Assembly: GCA_001938485.1 (NCBI GenBank)
Contig: MQRK01216237.1
Span: 1 to 59,069, forward strand
Reading direction: 5' to 3'
From: Girardia tigrina
Lineage: Eukaryota
DNA: 59,069 nt
Below, piece by piece: positions 27,901 to 40,000 of the stretch. The notes beneath the pieces are model-generated. The model searched no databases. It saw only the letters and a program-made list of their open reading frames with translations, and was not told the origin of the DNA. The position numbers and the translations under genes are program-made. The first letter of the stretch is position 1; each line of letters opens with the position of its first letter.

Positions 27901-30900
27901 AGAACTCTCATTAATTTATCCTGGATTACTGTAAGTCAATCGGAACGTGGTGCATCTTCAAGTCCAAAATATGCGGAACAAAATTATTGGAGCCAACATA
28001 TCACGGTGGTTTTGTTGACACTATTAACGTCACAAACAGTGTTAATTTTGAGCTGTCTCCGGTGTGCTTTGACTATCTTGAACTCAAAAGAAAATAGTCA
28101 AAATCGATCCTGTAATATGTGAGAATTACATGCAAAAATGTATGAATAAAAGTGCTATAAAAAGTATTTTAAAATTATTATTTAATGAATATTTTATTCA
28201 GAAAAATACGACAAAAAGTGCACATATCAAAAGATGCAAAACTTTCATGTCAACCCAATAAATTTGTGTATATATTTAAAAAATGAAAAAAATTTTTAGG
28301 GAAGAATGACGATATCTAAAAATAAAGTCCGAAGAATATTAAATTAAAGACAGAGGACGTCTTATTTCCCAAAGGAATCGGTAGAATTAATTTATTATGC
28401 ATTCCTCACAATTTTTATATGCTTTTAGTGAAAAAAGAATTATTTGATAAAAAGTTGAAATGCATGAAACACTTGTTGCGTTCAGAGTCAATTATTTATT
28501 TTTTCTAACAGAAAAATTATTTGGATAAAAAATTGGTTCAATTTAATTTTTTTATGGTTGTGAGGAATATTTTTAAGTGATGTTTATTGTATGTTGTTTT
28601 TAGGATTGTGTTTCTCCCACCCAGATGGAAGATTGATGTTTTAAATGTTTCTAACCGTGGGATTCTTCGGACAATTTAAAAATGTAATTAACAACTGTAA
28701 AATTAAATTAACATATTTTAATCATAAACAATATATTTAAAATAAATTTATATATTTTTGAAAATAAATTTACATTATTTAGTAATTTAAATTTGTTCCA
28801 ATAATTAGAGGTTCAGAAATAGAATTTAAATTTATCAATCGAGAACGATGTATAGCTAAGATCGTTTTGTGGAGAATTTTCCAGGAGGCAATTAACAGAA
28901 AGATATTATTTTAAAATTATTATTTTATAAGAAAAATGCATTAATCTAATAAGGAAATCATTTCTCAAAGATTTAGAAAAAAACAATTCAATATTATTTT
29001 TTTATTAAATTGAAACAAAATAGTGTTCTACAACTTTCGTCTTTCCTTCAAGGAGCTACTGGAGTTCGAAATACTTCTGAAAAACGTTATAGAAATCTTC
29101 GTAAGAGTTCAGTGTGTGTTAGGAGCATATCAACAGATTAACAGACTTACATTTCTACAAGCAATAGCATATTTGTCGTATTCATAAAATAAAGTTTTTA
29201 TATTAAAACTTTTATATAAAGTATTTATTCATTCTGTGAGAGGTGGTTGCAACATCGATATTCGAGTTCATTTTTTTAACACCACAATTTATTTATATAA
29301 CAATTCACATTTTAAAACAAATTTTCCTGTTAATTTAATTATCTCGACCCAAATTAATCTATTAAATTTTTTTCGATTCAATTTTTAAAATCCTGAAAAT
29401 TTATTTCAAAAATTATTTAAAATTGCTTATTAAAAATATTTTATTTATAAATAAATATTTAATATTTTATAGTTTTCTTAACTTTTTTAATTTTAAGATA
29501 TATTTAGATACATTTTTAGATACATTAAAAGATATTTTTTATTTTGAAGTAGATATTTATTTTTTTATGCTTTTCTTTTATAATATCATTTTTAATTTTT
29601 TAAAATATTTAAAAACACATTTTTAAAAACGTTTTTGATTTTTTAATAGTTGTTTTATTATGTCATTTTTAATTTTAAAATATTGAATAAGCATATTAAC
29701 ATTAAAATATTTTACCCCTTTAAATTAAAAAAATAATAAATTATTCTGGCGAGATAAAAATTTAAATTAACCCCTCATATCCCCCTTCTTTAAGAATTTT
29801 CTCAATTTTTCCACGTTTCGATCTAAAATTCTTCTATCTTCATTTATTAGTTTATACCTTCTGTCGTGTGTTTTCTCTACCACTTTATATTTATCTTCAT
29901 ATTATTATTTACCTTCATATTTATCTTTACTCTTTATCCCCGTTTCCACTTTGACTAGTACTTCATCTCCAATTTCGAAATGTCTTCTGGTTGTTGTGTT
30001 TTCTTTTTCTTGCTGTAACTTTATGTCTTGACTATGCCATCTTTCTCTGTATATTTTCTTACCGAATATAATTTCTGCTGGGCTCTTCCCTATTGTTTTC
30101 TGAAAAGTTACGTTTAATGTGAATTCTATTTCCGGTAGTAGTTCCTCCCAGTCTGATCCTTTCTTTGTATGTAACGATGCGTTTAAATATTCTCTAATCG
30201 TCCGAAATTGTCTTTCTACTATTCCATGATGGAATAGTGTTATGATGGTACGGACTTGAGTAACACATTTTTATATTCATTGATTCTGCCATGTCTTTGA
30301 TTACCTTCGATTCGAATGTCTTCCCACAATCTGTATGTATTTCCTTCGGTGCTCCAAATCTCAAGATCCATGTGTTCATTATGGGGTCTTTTATGGTTAT
30401 TTCATCCTGATTGCTAATGGCTGTCAAAGATATGTACCTACTAAACTGTCTTTGCAACAATATGATTGATTGCAACAATATACTTTTTTCTTCTCCAAGT
30501 CTCCTTTAGTGGTCCACATATGTCTATGCACGCTTTCTCAAATGGTTCATTTGCGACCAGTGTCACCCGTTTTTCCTTCATAGCGGTCGTTAATGTTTTA
30601 CTTTTTTGGCATGCTTCACATTGTCCAATTACTTCTTCTATTATTTCATTCCGATTGATCATGTCATAATTTTCTGAGATGTATTTCGTTACTTTCTCTG
30701 CGCCCGCGTGCGACAATAGCTTATGTATTTGTATGATCATTTCTTCTCTTTTTGACTTTCGTATCCAAATCTTCCCCATGTTTGTTTTTATCATACCGTC
30801 TTCAATCGTAAGCTTACTATCTTTACCTGAACTTGGGTCTCTTTTAATTTCTTCTATTTCTTCTTGTTGATATTTGAATATCTGCGATGTGTCCAGCACG

Positions 30901-31234
30901 TTGATTCTTCGAGTCTTTATCTTCATTATTTTAGCATCTTCATGATCCATCAAACATTGTGTACATGTATCATAATCCAATTAATGTACTTAATAATTGT
31001 TTCCTTTCTTTGTTTTCTGTTTGTGATAAATATAATAAAATAATTTAATTTGAATTTCTTATATATTTAAGTGATTTTTCGTATGATTATTAGACAAAAT
31101 TATAAACTTATGGTAGATCAAAGGAAGATCAATCGGTCCTATTATTTTTACGAATGATCAAAACGAGAATAATTTGGAATATGAATATGAATAATTTGGA
31201 AAATATATATATTCATATAAATATTTTTATATTC

Positions 31235-31265
<31 letters not shown>

Positions 31266-33881
31266 GATCAAAAAGTAACTACCGGGTTTTAAACTGCAAT
31301 AACTTTTTTGGCAAAATATTATGAAAAATGGTTTTAAATAACAAAAAAGCATTTATTAAAATTTAATAATATTCAACAGAATAGCCATTGACATCAAACA
31401 ATGTTTAAGGCGTCCTTGAAAAGATTTATTGGCATTTTGGCACATTTCACTATCTATTTTTGCCGCTTCTTGACATATAAAATCTTTAAGCTACTGAATT
31501 GTTTCTGGTTTTCTTCAAATATCTTCCTTCTTCAAATATCCCCACACAAAAAAATCGAGTGGTCTCAAATCAGGTGACCTGGCCGGCTATACATATGGAC
31601 CACATCATCCCAGCCAACGTTTCATCCAGAAATTGTCGCACAATCAGTGAATAATGGGTAGGTGCTCGATCTTGCTGGAACACAGCTTTCCGTTTGCATG
31701 TTCTTGATAACAATGGCATAAATCAACATTTTAACATATTCAGGTAAAGCACTGCTGTTATGTTTTCTTCAATAAAAAAGGGCCCACGAGTTGAAGACAA
31801 CCCCATCCAAACATTAACTTTTTCACTAACCTATGACCTCTGATATGTTTTGGTTGGTGTTTCAGTGCCCCAAATTCAACAATTATGTCTGTTTGCAATG
31901 CCGTTAAGATGGAAAGTTGACTCATCAGGGAATATCAGGTTACTAAGAAAATTTTCATCTGTATCTATCGATTGAATTAACGTTTCACACATAACACGTC
32001 TAAGATCACAATCTTCTTCATACAAAGGTTGCATGGCTTGAATTCTGTAAGGGGACATTTTAAAGTCGTTTCGTAATACTTTTTGAACAGTTCCCTTAGA
32101 GCAATTCAGAGTTGACAACGACTTTCCGATAGAAGACTGGGGTTCTTGCTTAAAATGTGCTGTTATCTCATTTTTTCTTTTAATCATCAATGGGTGGTAT
32201 TCCAGATTTTGGGGCATTTAGAACGCTTCCTGTTTGCATTTGAAGCATTTTCTTTCTGTCAAATGCACTAATATTTTGATATCCGTCACATAAATGTCCA
32301 CCGGTTCACTATCGGCCAGTCTTCAACGGCATATTTCGTCAAACCTGTTACTCTGTCGATACAGAACGCCCTCTGCATTGCATTCTTCAATTTCCCGTAT
32401 TCCAGTTTCTCGTCGTCCGCCAAACCGTCGTAGACAGTGAAAACTCCTTTCGACAAAAACAGCGGCAATATAGTTTGCAAATCTTCTAATTTCTGGAGAC
32501 GCACCACCAACTCGAATTTGGAGATCCATTCGGAAAAATCGTCGGTTCCATCGAAACGGCCGATAAGGTTTCCCAACTTGGTCGACATGTTCTGCCGCGA
32601 TAGCTTGTAACAACACAAATGAAAAGGAAGCAAAAATTTATTTTCACCGACAAATTAATTCACTTCAAATCACGCGCCACTGACTGTTCAATATTTAAAC
32701 AAAAACGATTAATCACTTTCTCTATCACACAGACAAAATCTTTTGTATCAATAAATATTTGACAAATAAAAGTTGATTTCTTTATTTTTAGTCATGCAAC
32801 GGATACTTTTGACCACTCCTATTTGTCCGCCGAATGGTTGAATTTGTTAACCTCAATCAAACAAGTTTTGACCCAAATATTTTTAACCATTCCAATTTTC
32901 TCAAAATAAATTTTATTAATAAATAAATTTTGAAATTTATAATTGGCATTAATAATATTTAATTTGATAAATAAATCGAATTTCATAAATTTAAAAATAA
33001 AGCTTTTATAATTTTTTTCTTCACATCTCACTGATTTCTAATACACTAATATCACTGGAATGTTGGATTGAAATTGAGATTCGTAACTTGATTTTACAAT
33101 TGCTTTCAATATTTTCTGCTTGATTTCGTAAAATGGCTTTTGAAAATTCTAATGATAAATTTTACAATTGAAAGAGGGTGAAAGAAGTATATTTTTATTA
33201 GTTTTAATAAGGTAATTATAAATGTGCTAGGAACAATAGAAATTGTTTTCATAATTTGATAAAAATACAATTGATTCAATTCATAAAAAATCCAATAATA
33301 AAAATGAAAACATTGTAAATAATGATAGTAGGTGCGTGTGATTTGAGAAAAGGCCTAGTGAAAAAGGTTCCTTTGGGTTTTAATTTGCGGACGATCTTCA
33401 AAACTAATAAACTATCGAGATATTTCTCAAATAAATCAAAAATTTCATCGGGTGTCCAAGCTAATCTAGTATATCAATTTAAATGTCACAAGTGTGAATC
33501 CTTATACATTAGAGAAACAAATCGTCATCTCTGCACTAGAATAGCTGAACACACCAATCGATTCTCGATCACATTAAAAAAATGCAGAAATGGAGATAAA
33601 GTTAACTGTGAAGAGAAAAATTTTGACACAAATCGTGAGAGGATAGTCACTGAATTTAAAAGCATGCTTAAATGTTCTCAGTGAATTATCCAATCATATC
33701 AAAATATTTTAATATTAAAAAAAAGATTAATTGCGTAATAGTCAATGTGTCATATAAGTAATCTGAAATTTACTTCACAACTGATGATGCCGTAATGGCG
33801 AAACATGTTTTGAAAAATAAAAAACAACTAAAATGGCGTTTGTTCTTTATTTTCTTTATAAATTACCATTATATTTAAATG

Positions 33882-33912
<31 letters not shown>

Positions 33913-33962
33913 NNNNNNNNNNNNNNNNNNNNNNNNNNNNNNNNNNNNNNNNNNNNNNNNNN

Positions 33963-34012
<50 letters not shown>

Positions 34013-37000
34013 ATTGTTTTAACAAAGTTAAAAAATGAGAAAATGTCATCTAAGTAACAATTTATTTCATTAAAATTCTCTACATGTTTCGTCATCTATT
34101 CGAAATTTATTCATTATAAAAATATATTTTAAAATAAAAACGTTTCCTTTTAACAAAAAATAAAATTAAACTTTTTTACAACTTTACTATACTTTTCTTG
34201 TTGTAAAGAAACTATTTAAGCAATAATTCTCACTTATCCCTGAGACATGTCCACAGTTCTCCACCCAAACAAACCTCCATGAGCATGTATACAAATTTGA
34301 CATCTTTGAATGTTTTGTAAAGTCTACAAGTTATAATTGTAACATTAAAGTTTTAAAAAATAAAAACCGTCCAACCGGCAAATGAAAATTGATCGGCATT
34401 CCATCAAGATATTCTTTTCGGAAATTACGTGATCCTGTTGTTTGGTTTGTACAATGTGATATTTCTTCATACATTTAAGTGCGTATGTTGACTGATGATC
34501 AGAGGTTATTCGAACCTTAAGTAATAATGATTTTATTTAATATTTAATGTCTCGTTAACTTATTATTTTCAGTATTGGAAAAGAGAAATTGAACTAATAA
34601 AAGAGACATGAATAAATGAATGACGAATAGGAAAAAAAGTGAATTTAAAATTAAAACATAATAATAGAATTAGTTGAGATTCATAAGAATTTTGAATTTT
34701 TAAAGTTTTAATAATTCTAATTAAATTGTTTTTATTGTACATTGATTATCTGGGCTGGGCCGGGCCCGTAGCCCTGCCCGTGCTCGTACCTAGCCGCCCG
34801 GACCGAGGTACGGGCTCCAAAATATAAATTAGCTCTTTCTTTTTCTAATATTGTTTGGACATACACAAAATTTTAAATACTAAAAACCTGAAAATAGCGT
34901 TATATCAAGCACTTATAATTACAGCATGTGACAGTTAATACCGCGCAATTTAATACTAAAATATTTAATCCAAAATATTTAAAATTAAAATGAATATCAA
35001 ATTAAAATATTTTTTATTTTAACTTTTTATTATTAATGGAAATTAATATTAAATCACAAACGTTTTTTTTTAAATTATTCAACTTAAGTTTTATAACTTT
35101 AGTATACCAAATAATACCAAAACATTTAATTCCGCAGAAAAGCACCGAAACAATTAAAGTTATAAAAAAATTTAAATGATTAATGTTTTATAAAATAAAT
35201 TTGAAAAATTAAAAATTAGTTTTTTTCATTATTTTTTTAAAATAATTCTGAAATAATCCAATTCTGATATGCTTGTTCACATTGAGAATACAATATTAGC
35301 TTTGTCTGCTTTCATTTATGTACTCAATGTTGCTCAAAAAGACGGTTGTGATTGACTGACGTTGTACAAAGAGTTCTCCACAGGAATAGCAAAGACCTCT
35401 GAATCCGGTTGGATTACTTGGTAAAAGTGGCTGAAAATTGCAGACATTTACTAATGTATCCAGTTGTTCACCTTGATTTGTTTGTGAATGAGCAAACATT
35501 GTTATCTGAAGCTTCTGAAGGTAGGCTTCACAAGTGGTGGACGCTCCTAAAGTTCCGGAATACCATCAATACATTTGCGAACACGAAATTCATTCAATTG
35601 CAATCATTCCGAGGCGATTGCGTCTATTTGTGGAACATAAACTCAAAATGCTACCAGTTTCCGAGGAAGCTGTGGAAAGGTGTTTTAGTGTCCACAAATG
35701 TATTCATTTGAGAGAGATCATCTAGAATGAAGTAGTTGTGGTTGACATTCTTTTTATTTGAAATAATCACTCATTTAAATATGACATTAATTATATTTAA
35801 TAATAATTAAATATGATAATAATCAATGATTATTAAATATTTTAAATATATTTGATTTTATTAAATTAATAACTTAATTAAATGTCCATTTTAAAATTTT
35901 TATTTTCTTGTTTTAATTCGAGTTTTATGTGACATTTCAGTTTAATTATGTTCTGAAATAAAAAAATTTTTTTCTGTTTTATGATTTTTAAGATTCCATT
36001 TAATTTTGAAAGTTATTTATGGTTCATCTGGGAAAAAATAGGTTGTTTACTGTCTCATTTTTTTGTAAACTTTTTATAAATCTTTTTTTTTTATTTTATG
36101 AGATTTGAACCACATGTGAATGTTACCTAATCACTCGCCTACAAAGGAGTAAACTAAAATTTGGATAAAGATTTTTTGGTTTAAGTAAATGGAAAAATCG
36201 CTATTGGAAGTAGACCAAAGTAATCAGCAGCCGAAACGATTTCAGGAAGCTTGGGGAAACAAAAATAAAGATATTTTGACTACTTCTTAATACTTTAATA
36301 ATACTTTAAGTTACTATCTTTAAGTTAATACTACAGTACAGTAAAACTTCGATATAACGGACTGCCTGGAGGAGGGGGTGTCCGTTAAAGCTGAAAGTTC
36401 GTTATAGAAAAATAGGTTTAAAATAAATCAAAAAACCTTTTGTTTTGAAAATACACTGTATTTAAATATAAATAAAAAATACAAAACACAAACAAAATTC
36501 TATTTGTCTTCGGACACTCGTCGTGAATTGACGTTGCTGTTTGATATCGAAGCGTTTGCTTTCGGTAATTCTGCTTTGAAAAAGAAATTGCATGTTGTTT
36601 GCATTTTTGAAGTTTACTGTTTTTTTATAATCAACTCTCCAAATTTACGAAAATACGTATATAGTTGAACTTTGTTATGGGACAAATAACACTACCCAAC
36701 AAATTTGAACTTTTTTTAGACAAAGAAGTCTTTACCTCTATTATATGCAGAATTCGACGCTGAACACGAATATGATAGTCGTTTTTTCTCCTATACGTCC
36801 AGATTTTTTGTTATCTTATGTTTTTTATTTACTTTGAAAAAGAGCAAACGTACGAGGTCGAAAACCAGTAACATAGTACTTATGACGAAGTAATTTATAT
36901 TTTAATGACTGCAAATCATCCAGCAATAGTCAGCCATCATTCTCGGATCTGCTCTTCCTTGATATCGCTGTTCCAGTGTTGAAAGGGTCTGGTGAAATCA

Positions 37001-40000
37001 TTCACGATGTCATCTGTGACCTGTTCCATCTCGGATGGGAAAAAGTCAATGTTAATTTTTAGAAAGTGAACTTTTAGAGACAAATTCACCTTCATCAGTT
37101 CAAATGCATCCAACATTTCTGAAACTATATCTCGGTAATCAGGAGATCGATGTTTTCCTGAGAAAAAAAATAAAAATAAATAACAAATACCATTTAATGT
37201 TATCATACGTATGTTGTTCAAGTGATTGAAGTATGAAAACATACCAAGCAAGTTTTCCACACACTTTTTTATGGCATTCCAGGCACGCAATTCAATTGGG
37301 GATAATACATCTTGAAACTTTTGACTTTTCATTAATTTCCTCGTATCTGGCCCAACAAAGACACCTTTTATTTTGGTTGCTGACAGTCGCGGAAAAATAT
37401 TCTTCAGTGTTTTCCTTGGCTCGCCTTCCGAATCCAAAGCCTTGACGAAATTTTTGAAAATCCAAAGCTTGATATGCAAAGGTGGTAAAATTACTTTTCC
37501 CAGTGGTACAAGAGCCTCGTGGAGAACATTTTGCACTCCTGGTGTTCGATTTACACGTTCTGGCCAATGGTTTCTGCTGTAATACTGCTGACGCGCTATG
37601 CTATCCCATAGACAAATAAAACAATTACACTTGGTGTGGCCTCCCTGCATCCCAGTGAGTATTCCGATGATTTTTAAATCAGAAAAAACTCTCCATTTGA
37701 AGTTGTCGTAATGAATATGCTCAAATATCAATTTCAATGAGGAGTAGGATTCTTTCACTTTCCTGGAATAGGCCACTGGCAGTGCAGGAAACTTGTTGTC
37801 CTTATGGAGGAGCACAGCCTTCATACTATTGACACTACCGTCGACAAAGAGCCACCAGTCCTCTTTCACATTTGTGTGAATGTTCATTCTTGAAAGAAGA
37901 CCTTCAATGTCATCGCAGTTTCATTTATTGACTATAGTCAATAAACGTTATTAGATCGTTGAGATGTTATGTCACCACTGATAACTTTATTTTTGGCAGT
38001 TTTGTTTCTTCGTCTTTGCTATCTTCAGTTCCATTCTCATTTTTTAGGTTCATAACTTCATATGCTATTTCGCTTTCCGTCATGATATTATACCCAGGGT
38101 CACCTTCATCTACTTCTAGCCGGCATTATTATGTATTGTCCTACAGAAATCAGAAACTTCTAACCCTTCTAAATCTATGATTGCATCTTGGCCATGAAAC
38201 AAATTCCTCCAACCCTCTTTCACCTCTTTTCAGGCTGAAGCAAAATTAAAAATTGTTGATTTTAAATTGTAACCCTTTAAGTTTTGCAAGGTACACTGTC
38301 CTCTTGTATTTTCTGAATTATCTTCATTCTAAAAACGGTCTGTGATAAATTTGTTTGATTGCCAAAATTATTCCCTGATCTATGGGTTGAATAAGCGATG
38401 TTGCATTTTTTGGCAAAAACATAAAACTAAAGTTGCCATCTTCTGAACGTAGAATATTTTCAAAGGGATGAGCAGAAGCGTTGTCTAGAATCAATAAACA
38501 ATTCACCTCTTCCGGAGTTATTCTCAGTTTCTTCTCTTGAAATTTACTTACTGAATGTACAAATTCGTTAAAAAAACAGTTTTTGAAAATATCTGAATTG
38601 AACCATGTCTTATTAGAGTTATAAAATGAAACAGGAAAATGATATATTATATCTTTTAAAACTCTAGGTTTACGAGATTTGCCAACAATTACAGGAGTCA
38701 GTTTATGTGATCCATCGGCATTGGCCCAAAGCAGTGCTGAGATCCTGTCCTTGCTGATTTTTCTTCCAGAATTCGATTTTTTCATATTTGGAGGTTTGAG
38801 TGTTTTCAGGCAAACTAACCCATAACAAACCAGTTTCGTCAGGATTGGAAATTTGAGATTCTAATAGCATTTCGTTACTTATATCGTCTATTATTTTTGC
38901 CTAAAAGGCTCAATTTCTTCTTTTGGTGGACTTGAAGCTTCTTTATTCATGATTCCAAAGGGCCAGAGCCAGCCATCACTTGCTCTGAAGGGTATGTTCA
39001 TATGATTTTCTAACTTCATTGCAGCAGATTTCATTCGACTGCCTGAACGGAAACCCCACTGGAACGTTGTTGGTCGTACCATTTTAAGATTGCTTCTTCA
39101 AGTGAAGTTTCACGAGTCAACTTCATTCGTTTTCTGAAATTGCTGTTTTCTCCTACATCACGCATTAACAAAAATTTATTTAGTTTACTTTTATTTTTTC
39201 GTATGCCCGAAACAGTTTGCTTTTTTATGCCGTATTATTCAAATATACGGGTCACAGACATTCCAGACTCCAACTTTTGTATAATTTCTAATTTTTGATT
39301 GATCATTAGATTGATTCTGTTTCGTTCTTTCATATTTAAAGGGTAGTATTGAGAAAATTTAAATATATTTATTTACTAAATGCGTTCATTTACTTCGATT
39401 AAATAAAAATAAAACTGCTATTGAGTTGCATAAAATTTTTTACATGCGATTACACTTGAATTTGAAACATGTATGTATTGGGTTGAGGAATAAGTTCCCG
39501 CCGTTTTTTGAAAAATTAAAATTTTATTTTTTAACAAAAAAGTTACTACAAATTAATCACAAATATAATCTCCGTGGTTCTATCAGCTATAGCATCTTCT
39601 CCGTATACAGCACAAAGCCCTCGGGCAGCGTCTGCGACTTTGGCGCCTCGATTATACGCAAACAATAGATTGTGTCGGAAATGCTCATTTTTGTCGACTT
39701 GACACTCCATTTCAATGGTCTAAAAATCGACAAAAATTAATCTAAATAAAAAAAACAAAATACACCATTTTTTAGAGCAAAACAATAGCTTTCAAATAAC
39801 ATATAACATTACATCAAAAAATTTGATTGAAATATTAAATTGATTAAAAATTCAAAAAATTGCGGGAACTTATTCCTCAACCTAAAAATATTAACAGGAC
39901 GTTTTTATTTTTTTTTACATTTGACTGGATTTTTGTCTGTTATATTCTAAGTCCGATATACAGAGGTCCGTTATATCAAGGTTTTACTGTATACGTACAG

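Larger units (their letters stand above)
36339..39989 (-). mobile_element. Tigger/pogo-family DNA transposon (decayed) with nested inserts
   Basis: TIRs cagtaaaacYtYgatataacggac with TA TSDs; ORFs 38891..39082 (FRASDGWL) and 38324..38785 (DDE_1: [18 protein letters not shown]…[10 protein letters not shown]…[18 protein letters not shown]). Confidence 0.9.

Noticed and set aside
33833-34095. YIYIYI-rich ORFs (also 21652..21942 and 55650..55904)
   Set aside because: Translations of (TA)n microsatellites.
36100-36145. tRNA/SINE-like A and B boxes on the minus strand (GGCGAGTGATT…GGTTCAAATC)
   Set aside because: No cloverleaf and no second copy in the window; insufficient support.
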